From Eledone cirrhosa (lineage: Eukaryota), in contig OZ024762.1 of assembly GCA_964016885.1 (NCBI GenBank), forward strand, positions 2,604,001-2,668,000: a DNA stretch of 64,000 bases, in the 5' to 3' direction. A program made the position numbers and the translations under genes. Positions 49,632-63,307 of the stretch are shown piece by piece; within the stretch, counting starts at the first letter, position 1, and every line of letters starts with the position of its first letter. The notes below the pieces were generated by a model. That model ran no database searches. It had not been told where the DNA came from and worked only from the letters and a program-made list of their open reading frames with translations.

Positions 49632-49987
49632 CCATGAACGACACCACATGTTTTTAACTTCGATTTTGAAAGTAGGTTTATAATTATCAACTTTCATTAT
49701 ACTTTTGTAGCTGTCTCGGTGGCCTAGTTGGAGGAGTCATAGACGGTGGTGATCCTGGTCTGAGGTTCAATCCTGGTTGGGAGTAGGGTTGCCAGTAAAC
49801 CTTTTCAGTTTTTTTCTGTGGGTTGTAAAATAAAAACTTGATCTGGATTGAACCCAAGACCAGGTTCTCCACCGTCTCTAGTACCTACCGCTCGGCCACA
49901 GAGACAACTACGAAGGACTTAAGAAAATTCACACTTATAAACCTACTTTCAAAATTTTCAAAACAAAGTGTTGTGGTGTCGTTCATG
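49632..49987. other. Inverted-repeat element containing two convergent tRNA-like (A box/B box) units
   Basis: Outer arms CATGAACGACACCACA...TTTTGAAAGTAGGTTTATAA and its reverse complement; inner units 49713-49785 (+) and 49838-49905 (-). Confidence 0.75.
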
Positions 49988-50220
49988 TCTCTCTTAATGT
50001 TATTGCTCCTACTTAAGGTTGACTTCTAAATCATTTGGGTGTTCCATAATCTAAATCCTCGTTTTGTTTCTCATCTATCTATAGATGACGGTGACGTCCT
50101 TGATGTGGTTATAATAAGCTAACATGCAAATCTTTTTCTTCCAGTTTGAATGTTTAGGCTGCTTCAGCAATTTCAACACAACCTGTCATACAAGTCTCGT
50201 CACAGCTGACTGGTTCGACA

Positions 50221-50592
50221 ATGCAGTCGGGACGTGAGGACAACTTGGAGGCAAGTTATGCAATAAAGTTTTGTGTCAAACTCGGCAAAAACGCTGCTGA
50301 AACCTACGAAATGGTCAAAACTGCTTACGGACTAAATCTCATGAGCCGGCCGACTGTTTTCCGTTACCACAAGAGGTTTCAGAAGGGCAGGGAGCATGTG
50401 AGGGATGACGAAAGGTGTGGCAGGGAGAAAGACATTAGGGCGCCAAAGTTGGTTGACAAAATTCGTAAATTGCTGGACGAGGACCGTCGTGTATCTCTTC
50501 AGACTATTGCTAAAGAGTTTGAAGTGGCTGAGGGCGCTGTGCACAGGGTCATTCATGACGATTTGAACATGCACAAAGTCTGTGCTGAATGG
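50221..50592 (+). mobile_element. Mariner (Mos1-type) transposase N-terminal HTH region, catalytic domain missing
   Basis: YAIKFCVKLGKNAAETYEM..AYG...SR.TVFR.HKRF.KGRE.V.DDER.GR, DRRVS...IA, VH.VIH.DL.M.KVCAEW; ends at W of the WVP motif. Confidence 0.9.
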
Positions 50593-51813
50593 AAAGGGGG
50601 AGGGAGAGAGAGAGACAGACAGAGAATGAATAGTAGAGAGAGAGAGTGAGAGAGAGACGGAATGAATGGCAAGGGAGAGAGAGGAAGAGCGAAGAAGAAA
50701 GAGAGAGAGAATGAAAGAAAGAGATGTTTAAGTATTTCTTGAGTGTCTGTCAGTCTTTCTGTCTCAAACACAACTGCAGCGACCACATGTCGCATGTTTC
50801 ATCATCATCATCATCATCATCATCGTCGTCGTCATATAGAATATAAATAACATTTCTTCCTCCATATAAATAAATAAACCCAAATATTTGCAAACTTTTG
50901 AAGTATTGTTGTTATCTTTTTTTATTTTGAGGGAGATTTTATTGTGAGATCACAGCTCCGATATTATGGGGATGTGGTTAGAATGTCTCAGGAAATAATC
51001 GCAGGACAGATTTTTAGGCAAAACCAACTGACAGGAGACCCAGGGGTAGACTCTGACCAAGATGTTTGGATAACATCCATGAGCTTGGCTGGTCTCGTTT
51101 GAGAATCTAGCCGGGTTAGTTGGAAACGGTTGCTTCTAACAGGGCCTTCTTGAAGGAGTGTTTGAGGACTCTGTCCCCACAAACATCTCAGGAATAAGTG
51201 GGCGAAGAAAAAGAAAGGGTTTTATTTTTGAGTGTATGTGTATGCGAGAGGTTCCTTTGACATCCTCAGAAAACAAGGAATTTTCCATCAATAGCCGTTT
51301 CAACATTTAGTTACAGTGTGGAACTAGCTGTTAAAACGGCAAGAGCTCAGCCGCCAGGTCTCGGCTCTTTATAATATAATATAATTGTTTCTACTTTAGG
51401 CACAAGGCCAGCAATTACACAGTACATTACTGGTACTTTATTTTATCGACTCCGTAAGGATGAAAGGCAAAGTTAACCTCGGCGGGATTTGAACTCAGAT
51501 CATAAAGGGACGTAACTATGCTGGAAAGCATGGCGTCGTGTGTGTTTAATCTGAAATCAAAAGTTTATATGGTTCGTTGATTATTCAACGAATTCAATTT
51601 TACAATAGATTAGAAGCATTCGACAATCTTTATCTGGAGTATCTATAATATTATTCAAAATATTAATAAATGAGAAATATTATCATAACCAAAGTATATA
51701 TTTTGTTATACATATTTCAAAGGTACAATGGTGTTTTCATCAGATAAAATATATAAGAGATTGGTTATACGACATACCCCTAAGGTCTTGAATCTTCAAT
51801 TCCTGTAGTGGTA

Positions 51814-51864
<51 letters not shown>

Positions 51865-52664
51865 GTAATAAACGACACAATATAATTATTCCATTATCCA
51901 AGGTTTCACGAAGTCATACGATTTTAACAGAGGCGTCTGAATCCGTTTATCAGATAGACATCTTTGGGGTAATGGAATAATTATACTGTGTTGTTTATTA
52001 CATGATTATATAGCTCTGTACTATACATAGAGCACTCCTCTCTCCTTTACCTTTACCACGGAAATACTTAACACATATATATAAAAGAAGGAATGCATCC
52101 TTCATGTTTTATGCCGGCAGTTGTGATATGTAGATAATAAATGTAACTACTATTTTTAGCAAGTTTAATTACCACCTTCCTGTCCTGTTGATCTGTGGCG
52201 GCGGCTGAGATTTGTAAGAAGTTATGTAGAGTAGTCCCCCCTTCTACTACTGTGCCGCTCTTTTGTGTTTCTTGTAGTAATATTAGTGTAACTCTCCTGT
52301 GTTGTAGATGTGTACACAATAATGTGTAGGACGGTAACAATAGCAACACCTCACTGACACACACAGACACACACACATATATTGGAGATATATTGAACCT
52401 TAATTGATCTTCTCCCTCCCTCTCTCTCTTTCTCAAGGTAAGAATATATTCTTATTTCCATCGATTGATTGATTTGATTGATTGTCTTCGAGTACTTTTC
52501 AATTCATTGCATCTGGTTCTTTCGTAAAAAAATCTATCACAGTTCCATCAACACGTCTGTCTATCAATCTAAATAGCTCTCTGTCTAACCCTCTCCCTCA
52601 CTCATATATATATATACATACTCATACACACACACACATATACACATACAGAAAATAATATATA

Positions 52665-52700
<36 letters not shown>

Positions 52701-52705
52701 ATATA

Positions 52706-52803
52706 CAGGGTGTTCCCCAAAAATGTATACACACTTAGATTACCTGTGCAGGCAATATTTATTAGAATGCTGTTGAAGTGTGTATACATTCTTTTAGGAC
52801 ACC

Positions 52804-52806
<3 letters not shown>
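52706..52806. mobile_element. Tc1/mariner-like ~100-bp MITE (CAGGGTGT TIR, TA flanks); other copies at ~24424-24506, 49295-49375, 54101-54160, 60084-60155
   Basis: TA-CAGGGTGTTCCCCAAAAATGTATACAC ... GTGTATACATTCTTTTAGGACACCCTG-TA. Confidence 0.85.
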
Positions 52807-52850
<44 letters not shown>

Positions 52851-53039
52851 TACAGTATATATATGTATATATAAACACAGGAGAACCCTAATACTAACAT
52901 GTTTCATAAATTCAATGAACCAGACGATATATTTTGTTTTCAACTTATTGTCAAGAATTTCTCAGATTTTTGTTTGAAATATTCATATCTTATTTATATA
53001 TACATATATTTGTTATATATATATATATATAGGAGAAAG

Positions 53040-53222
53040 TAAGACCCCGACGGCAGAGCTGAAGCCGTTTCGACGGCTATTTCTGGACTAAATAGCCGTC
53101 GAAACGGCTTGAGCTCTGCCGTCGGGGTCATACTTTCTCCTATTGCCCACTCTACTACCCTAAGTATTGAATACTCTGGTGCGTTATGATCCACCTGGTT
53201 CCTTACCACAACTCCTTTGTTA
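53040..53222 (+). mobile_element. (TA)n-associated fold-back repeat family; copies at ~24325-24400, 58160-58370, 58993-59133
   Basis: Shared CTCTACTACCCTAAGTATTGA..ACT.TGGTGCGTTATG.TCCA.CTGGTTCCTT body and GACCCCGACGGCAGAGCT.AAGCCGTTTCGACGGCTA arm. Confidence 0.75.
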
Positions 53223-53355
53223 TATATATATATATATATATAGCAAATAATTGTTTCTACTTTAGGCACAAGGCCAGCAATCACCCAGTGCATTACTGGT
53301 ACTTTATTTGATCGACCCCGTCAGGATGAAAGGCAAAGTTAGCAAATAATTAATG

Positions 53356-53405
<50 letters not shown>

Positions 53406-53448
53406 AGTTTAATGACAGGAGGCAGGACTGATGGAATTCCTTATTATA

Positions 53449-53506
53449 AACACTGCACCTTTCAATGAGCGGGCTCTGCAAGAACCCGGTGACATCATCA
53501 GGTGTT
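53449..53506 (-). ncRNA. Degenerate minimal hammerhead ribozyme motif
   Basis: Minus strand: AACAC-CTGATGA-[..CGGGTTC ttgca GAGCCCG..]-GAAA-GGTG-CA-GTGTT. Stem I perfect, core intact, but U16.1 replaced by C and base of stem II mismatched. Confidence 0.6.
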
Positions 53507-54789
53507 ACGAAATTTATCTAATAAAGGAATATAATTATGGTAGACACAATCGAAGGGGCTGAACAGTAGAGGCAAATGTTTTAAGACCCGAAGGCGGCCG
53601 GAGCCAGTAGTGGCCAGCCTGGGTGACCACCTATATATAGAGGAAATATATCGTCTGGTTCATTGAATTCATGAAACATGTTAGGATTTGGCTTTGGGAT
53701 CTCCCGCTGTCTCCTGTGTATACATCTATATACACACATGTATACATACATGTGTGTATATATATATGTGTATGTGTGCGTCTATATATATATATATATA
53801 TATGTATGTATATATATGTATATATGTATATATGTATATATATGTATATATGTATATATATGTATATATGTATATATATGTATATATGTATATATGTATA
53901 TATATGTATATATGTATATATGTATATATATGTATATATGTATATATGTATATATATGTATATATGTATATATATGTATATATGTATATATGTATATATA
54001 TGTATATATGTATATATATGTATATATGTATATATGTATATATATGTATATATGTATATATGTATATATATGTATATATGTCTATATATCTATATATATG
54101 CAGGGTGTCCCCCCAAAATGTATACACTTTGATTACCTGTTCAGGCAATATTTATTAGAATATATATACACCCCGTGTGTGTGTATATATATATATACAC
54201 CCCGTGTGTGTGTGTATATATATATACACCCCGTGTGTGTGTATATATATATATACACCCCGTGTGTGTGTATATATATATATACACCCCGTGTGTGTGT
54301 ATATATATATATACCCGCTGGAGGGAGTGTGTGGGGACTCCTCTCCAAAGACCCTCTCGTGGCGAAGGAGATTTATATATATAAATCCTTTATTATACAA
54401 AATTCTACGGTTTCATATTAGAGCCCTTAGAATATTTCGAAGGATGTTTTGAAGAAACCCCTTAAAATATTTTAGTGAGGCTTTTGGGTTCCTACGACTG
54501 TTGGTTGGGGGCTCCTGTCTTAAAACATAAGGTGGGTTTTGTGAGAGAATTTAGCTGCTATTTCTAGCTGATCGTGTGACCATGTAGAGGTTCCTCTTGT
54601 CTGTTGGGGATGGTGGTGTCGGGACGATGATGTTGGTAATGGTGATGGTAGTGGCGGTGGCGGTGGTAGTGGTGGTGGTGGTGGTGATGGTGGTATTGTA
54701 GATGGTGGAGGTGGAGGTGGAGGTGATGGCAGTGATTGTGTGAGTTGGTATTGTAGGTGTCTATTGATGTTGATGGAAGTATTGCGTTG

Positions 54790-57700
54790 TTGTTGGTGGT
54801 GGTGGTGGTGGTAGTGGTGGTGGTGGTGGTGTAGTGGTGGTGGTGGTGGTAGTGGTGGTGGTGGTGGTAGTGGTGGTGGTGGTGGTAGTGGTGGTGGTGG
54901 TGGTGGTGGTGGTGGTGGTAGTGGTGGTGGTAGTGGTGGTGGTGGTGGTAGTGGTGGTGGTGGTGGTGGTGGTGGTGGTGGTGGTAGTGGTGGTGGTGGT
55001 GGTAGTGGTGGTGGTGGTGGTGGTAGTGGTGGTGGTGGTGGTGGTGGTGGTAGTGGTGGTGGTGGTAGTGGTGTAGTGGTGGTGGTGGTGGTGGTGGTGG
55101 TGGTGGTGGTGGTAGTGGTGGTGGTGGTGGTGGTGGTGGTGGTGGTAGTGGTGGTGGTAGTGGTGGTGGTGGTGGTGGTAGTGGTGTAGTGGTGGTGGTT
55201 GTGGTAGTGGTGGTGGTGGTGGTAGTGGTGGTGGTGGTGGTAGTGGTGGTAGTGGTGGTGGTAGTGGTGGTGGTGGTGGTAGTGGTGGTGGTGGTGGTGG
55301 TAGTGGTGTAGTGGTGGTGGTTGTGGTAGTGGTGGTGGTGGTGGTAGTGGTGGTGGTGGTGGTAGTGGTGGTGGTGGTGGTAGTGGTGGTGGTGGTGGTG
55401 GTGGTGGTGGTGGTAGTGGTGGTGGTGGTGGTGGTGGTAGTGGTGGTGGTGGTGGTAGTGGTGGTGGTGGTGGTGGTGGTAGTGGTGTAGTGGTGGTGGT
55501 TGTGGTAGTGGTGGTGGTGGTGGTAGTGGTGGTGGTGGTGGTAGTGGTGGTGGTGGTGGTGATGGTGGTGGTGGTGGTGGTGGTAGTGGTGTAGTGGTGG
55601 TGGTGGTGTGGTGGTGGTGGTGGTGTGGTGGTGGTGGTAGTGGTGGTGGTGGTGGTGGTGGTGGTAGTGGTGTAGTGGTGGTGGTGGTGTGGTGGTGGTG
55701 GTGGTGTGGTGGTGGTGTAGTGGTGGTGGTGGTGTAGTGGTGGTGGTGGTGGTGGTGTGGTGGTGGTGTAGTGGTGGTGGTGGTGGTGGTGGTGGTGGTG
55801 TAGTAGTGGTGGTAGTGGTGTAGTAGTGGTGGTAGTGGTGGTGGTGGTGGTGGTGGTGTAGTAGTGGTGGTAGTGGTGTAGTGGTGGTGGTGGTGGTGTA
55901 GTGGTGATGGTGTAGTAGTGGTGGTGTAGTGGTGGTGGTGGTGTGGTAGTGGTGGTGGTGGTGTAGTGGTGGTGGTGGTGGTGGTGTGGTGGTGGAGTTC
56001 CTGGCAGTGTTCCGGTTTGTTGAAAATCCATTCGGTGTCTCCCATTCAAAGTCACCTCACCCCGCCTCCTTAAATTGAGGTGTGTACATGTCTGTATATG
56101 TTTGTGTGTGTATATGTTTGTGTATGTGTGTATGTATCATTGTTTGTGTATGTGTGTATGTGTGTATGTGTGTATGTGTGTATGTCCCCCTGTGTCCCCA
56201 TCATGATGAGGAGGGAAGGGAACCTTGATAATAGTTGATGCTGTCACCTTATTGGTGTCAGCATCTATTGTCATTGTGTGATGACAATTATTGTGGTAGT
56301 GGTAGTAGTAGTTGTGGTGGTGTTGGCTGTGTGGCAGTTGAGATGGTGGAGGTAGTGGTGGTGGTGGTGGTGGAGGTAGTGTTGGTGGTGGTGGTGGTGG
56401 TGGAGGTAGTGGTGGTGGTGGTGGTGGTGGAGGTAGTGTTTGTGTTTGTGGTGGTGGTGGAGGTATCGTTTGTGTTGTTGGTGGTGGAGGTAGTGTTTGT
56501 GTTGGTGGTGGTGGTGGAGGTAGTGTTTGTGTTGGTGGTGGTGGAGGTAGTGTTTGTGTTGTTGGTGGTGGTGGAGGTAGTGTTTGTGTTGGTGGTGGTG
56601 GAGGTAGTGTTTGTGTTGGTGGTGGTGGAGGTAGTGTTTGTGGTGGTGGTGGTGGTGGAGGTAGTGTTTGTGTTGGTGGTGGTGGAGGTAGTGGTGGTGG
56701 TGGTGGTGGTGGTGGAGGTAGTGGTGGTGGTGGTGGAGGTAGTGGTGGTGGTGGTGGAGGTGGTGGAGGTAGTGTTTGTGGTGGTGGTGGTGGTGGAGGT
56801 AGTGTTTGTGGTGGTGGTGGTGGAGGTAGTGTTTGTGGTGGTGGTGGTGGAGGTAGTGTTTGTGGTGGAGGTGGTGGTGGAGGTAGTGTTTGTGGTGGAG
56901 GTAGTGTTGTTGTTGGTGGTGGAGGTGGAGGTGGGGGTAGTGGTGGAGGTGGAGGTAGTGTTTGTGTTGGTGGAGGTAGCTGGGGATGATAGTGTTTGTT
57001 TTGATACAGTGCTCGCTGTTGCTGCAGCTGCTGCTGTTATTGCTGTTGTTGTTGTTGTTGTTCTGTCCCTACAACACCGAGTCAGATGGTGTTAAACCTT
57101 CCTCTACCATCTTTCTCTATCTCTGTCTTGGAGAGATAAAAAAATATCCTGACAGTCTGCCAGCCTGTCTGTCTGTCTGTCTGTCTGTTTCTCTGTCTGT
57201 CTGTCTGTCTGTCTCTGTCTGTTTCTCTGTCTGTCTGTCTGTCTGTTTTTAAATCTATATTTTGGTCTGCTAACAACAGTTTAGCACCATCTTGTGTGTC
57301 TGTCACGGGTCTATATTTTAGACCACCACCATACCACCACCGTAACTGTCTTGTTACACCACCACCACCATACCACCATAACTGTCTTGTTACACCACCA
57401 CCATACCACCACCGTAACTGTCTTGTTACACCACCACCATACCACCACCGTAACTGTCTTGTTACACCACCACCATACCACCACCATAACTGTCTTGTTA
57501 CACCACCACCATACCACCACCATAACTGTCTTGTTACACCACCACCACCACTACCACACCACACCACCACCACACCACACCAGCCCCCCCCCCCCCACAC
57601 ACACACACCACCACAACACCACCACCACACCACACCACACCACACCACCAGCCCCACACCACACCAGCCCCACCACCACACCACCACAACACCACCACCA

Positions 57701-57880
57701 CACCAGCCCCACCACCACACACCACCACACCACCACACACCACACCAGCCCCACCACAACACCACCACCACACCACCACACCACACCACACCACACCACC
57801 ACCACACCAGCCCCACCACAACACCACCACCACACCACACCACACCACACCACCACCACACACCACCACACCACCACCAG
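54790..57880. repeat. Cluster of (GTG)n/(CAC)n microsatellites and a 36-bp minisatellite (57320-57540)
   Basis: Directly visible. Confidence 0.93.
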
Positions 57881-58116
57881 TTTAACACTATCCTAGTCTT
57901 GTAAGTCTCAGTTCTCTATCGATCGCCCCCCCCCCCACTAAGTCCACACAATATAATTTTATTTATAAACTCTCTCCCAATATTATCCTCACCATTCCCC
58001 AGCCTCGCTTCTTCTTCCTCTTCTTCTTCTTCTTGGACTATTCCTCCATTGCTTTCTTCTGTCTTCAGAGTTCTTCCCTTCTCTCTTCTCACATTCCTCT
58101 GAAAAAAGAAGAACAA

Positions 58117-58162
<46 letters not shown>

Positions 58163-58368
58163 CGAAGGAAATGTGGTAAGGAACCAGATGGACCATAACG
58201 CACCAAAGTACTCAATACTTAGAGTAGTAGAGTGGGTAATAGGAACAAGTAGGACCCCGACGGCAGAGCTCAAGCCGTTTCGACGGCTAATTCAGGACTA
58301 AAAAAAAAAAAAAATAGAATTAGCCGTCGAAACGGCTTGAGCTCTGCCGTCGGGGTCCTACTCGTTCC

Positions 58369-58399
<31 letters not shown>

Positions 58400-58705
58400 T
58401 TGTATATATATATATATACATTTAAAGCGTCCCCAAAATCTCATATAATCTCCCTCCACTAGTTGACCCTCCTCCCGGGGGTGACGGGACGGGGATATGA
58501 TGACCGCCTGGCTGGTCACTCACTGGTTGTTGAGTCACAACAACCAACCCACCCACCGTTCCAACCCCTGTTTATTATCTTCACCCAGCCTCGACCCACG
58601 TTCGTCCCCCCCCCCCGGCACACGTATCTTGTTTGAATATATTTGAATATTATTTGCATGATTTAATAAATTTTCGTTCGTGACTTAAAATAAAAGTGCT
58701 TCTCC

Positions 58706-58800
<95 letters not shown>

Positions 58801-58960
58801 CATACACTTGTGTGTTTGTATATATATATATATATATATTATAAAGAATCAGGACCCGACGGCTGAGCTCTTGCCGTCTCAGCAGCTAGTTCCACACTCA
58901 GGGTTTCTCGTATATATATGATGATTTCCTTCGAATGAAACGGTTCTAGTCCTGTAGAAA

Positions 58961-58995
<35 letters not shown>

Positions 58996-59131
58996 GTCCT
59001 GAATTAGCCGTCGAAACGGCTTGAGCTCTGCCGTCGGGGTCCTACTCGTTCCTATTACCCACTCTACTACCCTAAGTATTGAGTACTTTGGTGCGTTATG
59101 GTCCATCTGGTTCCTTGCCACATTTCCTTCG

Positions 59132-59279
<148 letters not shown>

Positions 59280-59387
59280 ATATATGCTCAGAAACCCTGA
59301 GTAGCAACTGACGAAAGCTCAGCTTTAAATAAATACTATTTCACTTCTAGTTGGCAGTCTCTCTCTCTCTCTCTCTCTCTCTCCCTC

Positions 59388-59437
<50 letters not shown>

Positions 59438-59594
59438 CATATACACACTTCCAAGCCATCCCATCGTGAAAAGCAGACGTAAAATTATGATTATATATAT
59501 TTATTTATATAAATCGTGTATGTGTGTGTGGTAAACCCTTCCTAAGGGCCCTGTTTACCTTACACCCCCTCCCCCACGAAAAAGGGGCACGTGC

Positions 59595-60030
59595 ATACAC
59601 ACATACAGACACACACACACACACACACACACAGAGACATACACACACATACACAGACATACATACATACAGACACAGACATACACACACATATACTCAT
59701 ACGCGCAGACACACACACACACACACACACACACAGATATACAGACACACAGACACTCACATATACACACATACATGCACAGAGAGACATACACATACAG
59801 AGACAGAGAGACATAGACACAGACAATCACGTACACATATTCTTAGTCGATTTGTTTCTCTTTATAAAGATCCCCCCCCCCCCCCACATCTCTTTTATTC
59901 TTCCTTCCTTCCTTCCTTTCGTCTTTCTCTTTCATTTGGTGAGTTTTCATTCTACCAAGAATTTCATTTAGGTAAGCGGGGTTCTTTTTTTAATTATACA
60001 TGTGTGTGTATATGTGAGTGTGCATGTATC

Positions 60031-60087
<57 letters not shown>

Positions 60088-60214
60088 TGTCCCAAAAAAT
60101 GTATACACATTTCAATAACATTCTAATAAATATGTGTATATATTTGACACCCTGTGTGTATATATATATGTATATATATATATCTGTATGTATGTATGTA
60201 TATATGTATGTATG

Positions 60215-60248
<34 letters not shown>

Positions 60249-60401
60249 TGTATGTATATGTATGTATGTATGTGTATATGTATGTATGTATGTGCATGTA
60301 TTATATATGTATGTATGTGTGTAGATGTATGTATGTATGTGTATATGTATGTATGTATGTGCATGTATGTATGTATGTATGTATGTATATATGTATGTAT
60401 G

Positions 60402-60432
<31 letters not shown>

Positions 60433-60523
60433 ATATGTATGTATGTGTGTATATGTATGTATGTATATATATATGTATGTATGTATATATGTATGTATGT
60501 GTGTATATGTATGTATGTATGTA

Positions 60524-60559
<36 letters not shown>

Positions 60560-61672
60560 TGTGTGTATATGTATGTGTATGTATGTGTATATGTATGTAT
60601 GTATGTGCATGTATGTATATATGTATGTGTGTAGATTGTCTCTCTGTCAATGTGGACTATATTCCGCGAAGCTGGTGAATGTAGACATCAGGAATATATA
60701 CAAGGCACACATGTAGCAATTACCCCCCCCCCTACCCCTCTGAAATGCAAGAAATTGTAGAGTACATGTACACATACACATGTACACATACACACACACA
60801 CATGTACACATACACACACACATGTACACATACACATGTACACATACACACACACACATGTACACATACACACACACATGTACACATACACACACACACA
60901 TGTACACATACACTCAGACATGTACACATACGCATACACACACACATGTACACATACACACACACGCATGTACACATACACACAGACATGTACACATACA
61001 CATGTACACATACACACACACACATGTACACATACACACAGACATGTACACATACGCATGTACACATACACACACACATGTACACATACACATGCACACA
61101 CACATGTACACATACACACACACACACATATACACATACACACACACATGTACACATACACATGTACACATGCACACACACACATGTACACATACACACA
61201 CACACACACATGTACACATACACATGTACACATACACACCTGTACACATACACACACACATATATGTATTACGTGTTTCAGCCGAGAGACTGTGGCCTTG
61301 CTGGGGCAATGCGATATTAGCAATTTTGCTTTTATTTTGGAGGGTTGGGTGAACATGCACACACATTATATACACACACACACACACACTCTTTATGTAT
61401 ATCTATCTATCTATCTCTATATATATATACATATATATATGTGTGTGTGTTGGTGTGTGTCTGTATGTATGTATATCTATCTATCTATCTATCTATCTAT
61501 ATATATATATATACATATATATATATGTGTGTGTGTGTGTATAATATATATATGTGTGTGTTGGTGTGTGTCTATGTATGTATAGCTATCTATCTATATA
61601 TATATACATATATATATGTGTGTGTGTTGGTGTGTGTCTGTATGTATGTATATCTATCTATCTATCTATATA

Positions 61673-61703
<31 letters not shown>

Positions 61704-61865
61704 GTGTGTGTGTGTATAATATATATATGTGTGTGTTGGTGTGTGTCTATGTATGTATAGCTATCTATCTATATATATATACATATATATATATGTGTGA
61801 TCCATATATACATATATATATATATGTGTGTGTGTGTGTATAATATATATATGTGTATTTTGGTG
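59595..61865. repeat. Cluster of (CA)n, (TATG)n, ACATGTACAC and TA/TG compound microsatellites
   Basis: Directly visible. Confidence 0.93.
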
Positions 61866-62268
61866 TGTGTCTTGCTATCTATCTATCCATACTTCCATCC
61901 ATCTATCTGTCTGTCTGTCTAGCTATCTACGGGTGTGTGTAACACTCACAGAGACACACACATATATATATGTATATCATACACACACACATACTCTGTG
62001 TGTGTGATAATACCGGGTCACCGGCCGGGTCACCAGCCGGGTTAGAATTTGGAGAGATTTAACAACGATAAAACTCAACTAAAACAACAAGAGAAACCCC
62101 TAACTGACCCCCTAACTAAACGGTTGTTATGCCAGCCCCTACATGGGAGGTCCAGTGGATTGAAGGAGTGGAACAGTGGAAATATTTTGACAGGTTTCAC
62201 ACACAGCATAGGAAAAGGTTGTTATTGTCAAAACTTAACTCTTGTAACACAACTCCATACTACCACAT

Positions 62269-62330
<62 letters not shown>

Positions 62331-62463
62331 ATCTATCCTTGTTTCTCTTTCCTCCATCCCCACCTCTATCTACCTCACTCTGCTTCTCTCTCTCTCTCTC
62401 TCTCACTATCTATCTATCCTTGTTTCTCTTTCCTCCATCCCCGCCTCTATCTATCTCACTCTG

Positions 62464-62497
<34 letters not shown>

Positions 62498-62637
62498 CCC
62501 CCCCCCCAATCACACACAAGACCTGTCAAAGATGTATTATTCCAAAGACTGCGACACACTGCTGTTTGTTTGGATTTTCAGCTGTGGAATAGTTTTGGCT
62601 TCATTTCACCATTATTGCTTGTGGCTATAATTGATAG

Positions 62638-62722
<85 letters not shown>

Positions 62723-63307
62723 TAGATAGATAGATAGAGAGAGAGAAAGGGGGATAAATCTACATGTATATCTATGTCTCTTTCTCTCTCAGTCTGTGAG
62801 AGAGAGATCTACACATTTTTGTTCACACACACACACACACATATATACACACAATGTATACATACATATACATACACATACATACATCTGCATAGACATA
62901 TCCACCATATATAAATGTATACATATATACACATATATTTCACTTATATATATGTACACATAAATACATACATATATATATATATATATATACATTATAT
63001 ATATATATATATGTGTGTGTGTGTGCGTGCATGTTTGTATAATTATATATTGTAGCCAACAATACCCTAATCACATCGTTTAAGGACCAATTATTCTAAC
63101 AACGTGTAAGTGGAGTGGGGTTACACTAAGTTGTAAGTTTTAACACCCTGTTCCACACGAAGTCACATTCTTGAAAAGTACCAAACAGCAATATGACTGC
63201 ATCACATTAGATAATACTGCAAATTGTGACACAACGATCTGTTCACTGGTAAAGATACTTTAAACATTTTGATTAACAAACCACATGAAAGAGTGCTTAG
63301 CTTGGAG

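Noticed and set aside
54520-57904. Extensin/mucin-like or poly-Val ORFs
   Set aside because: (GTG)n microsatellite translations.
59296-59335. CTGACGAAAG as a hammerhead core
   Set aside because: No separate stem II plus GAAA; resembles the nearby repeat at 58850-58910.
62129-62640. Possible small exons (MPAPTWEVQW..., MYYSKDCD...)
   Set aside because: No recognisable homology, weak splice signals, short frames.
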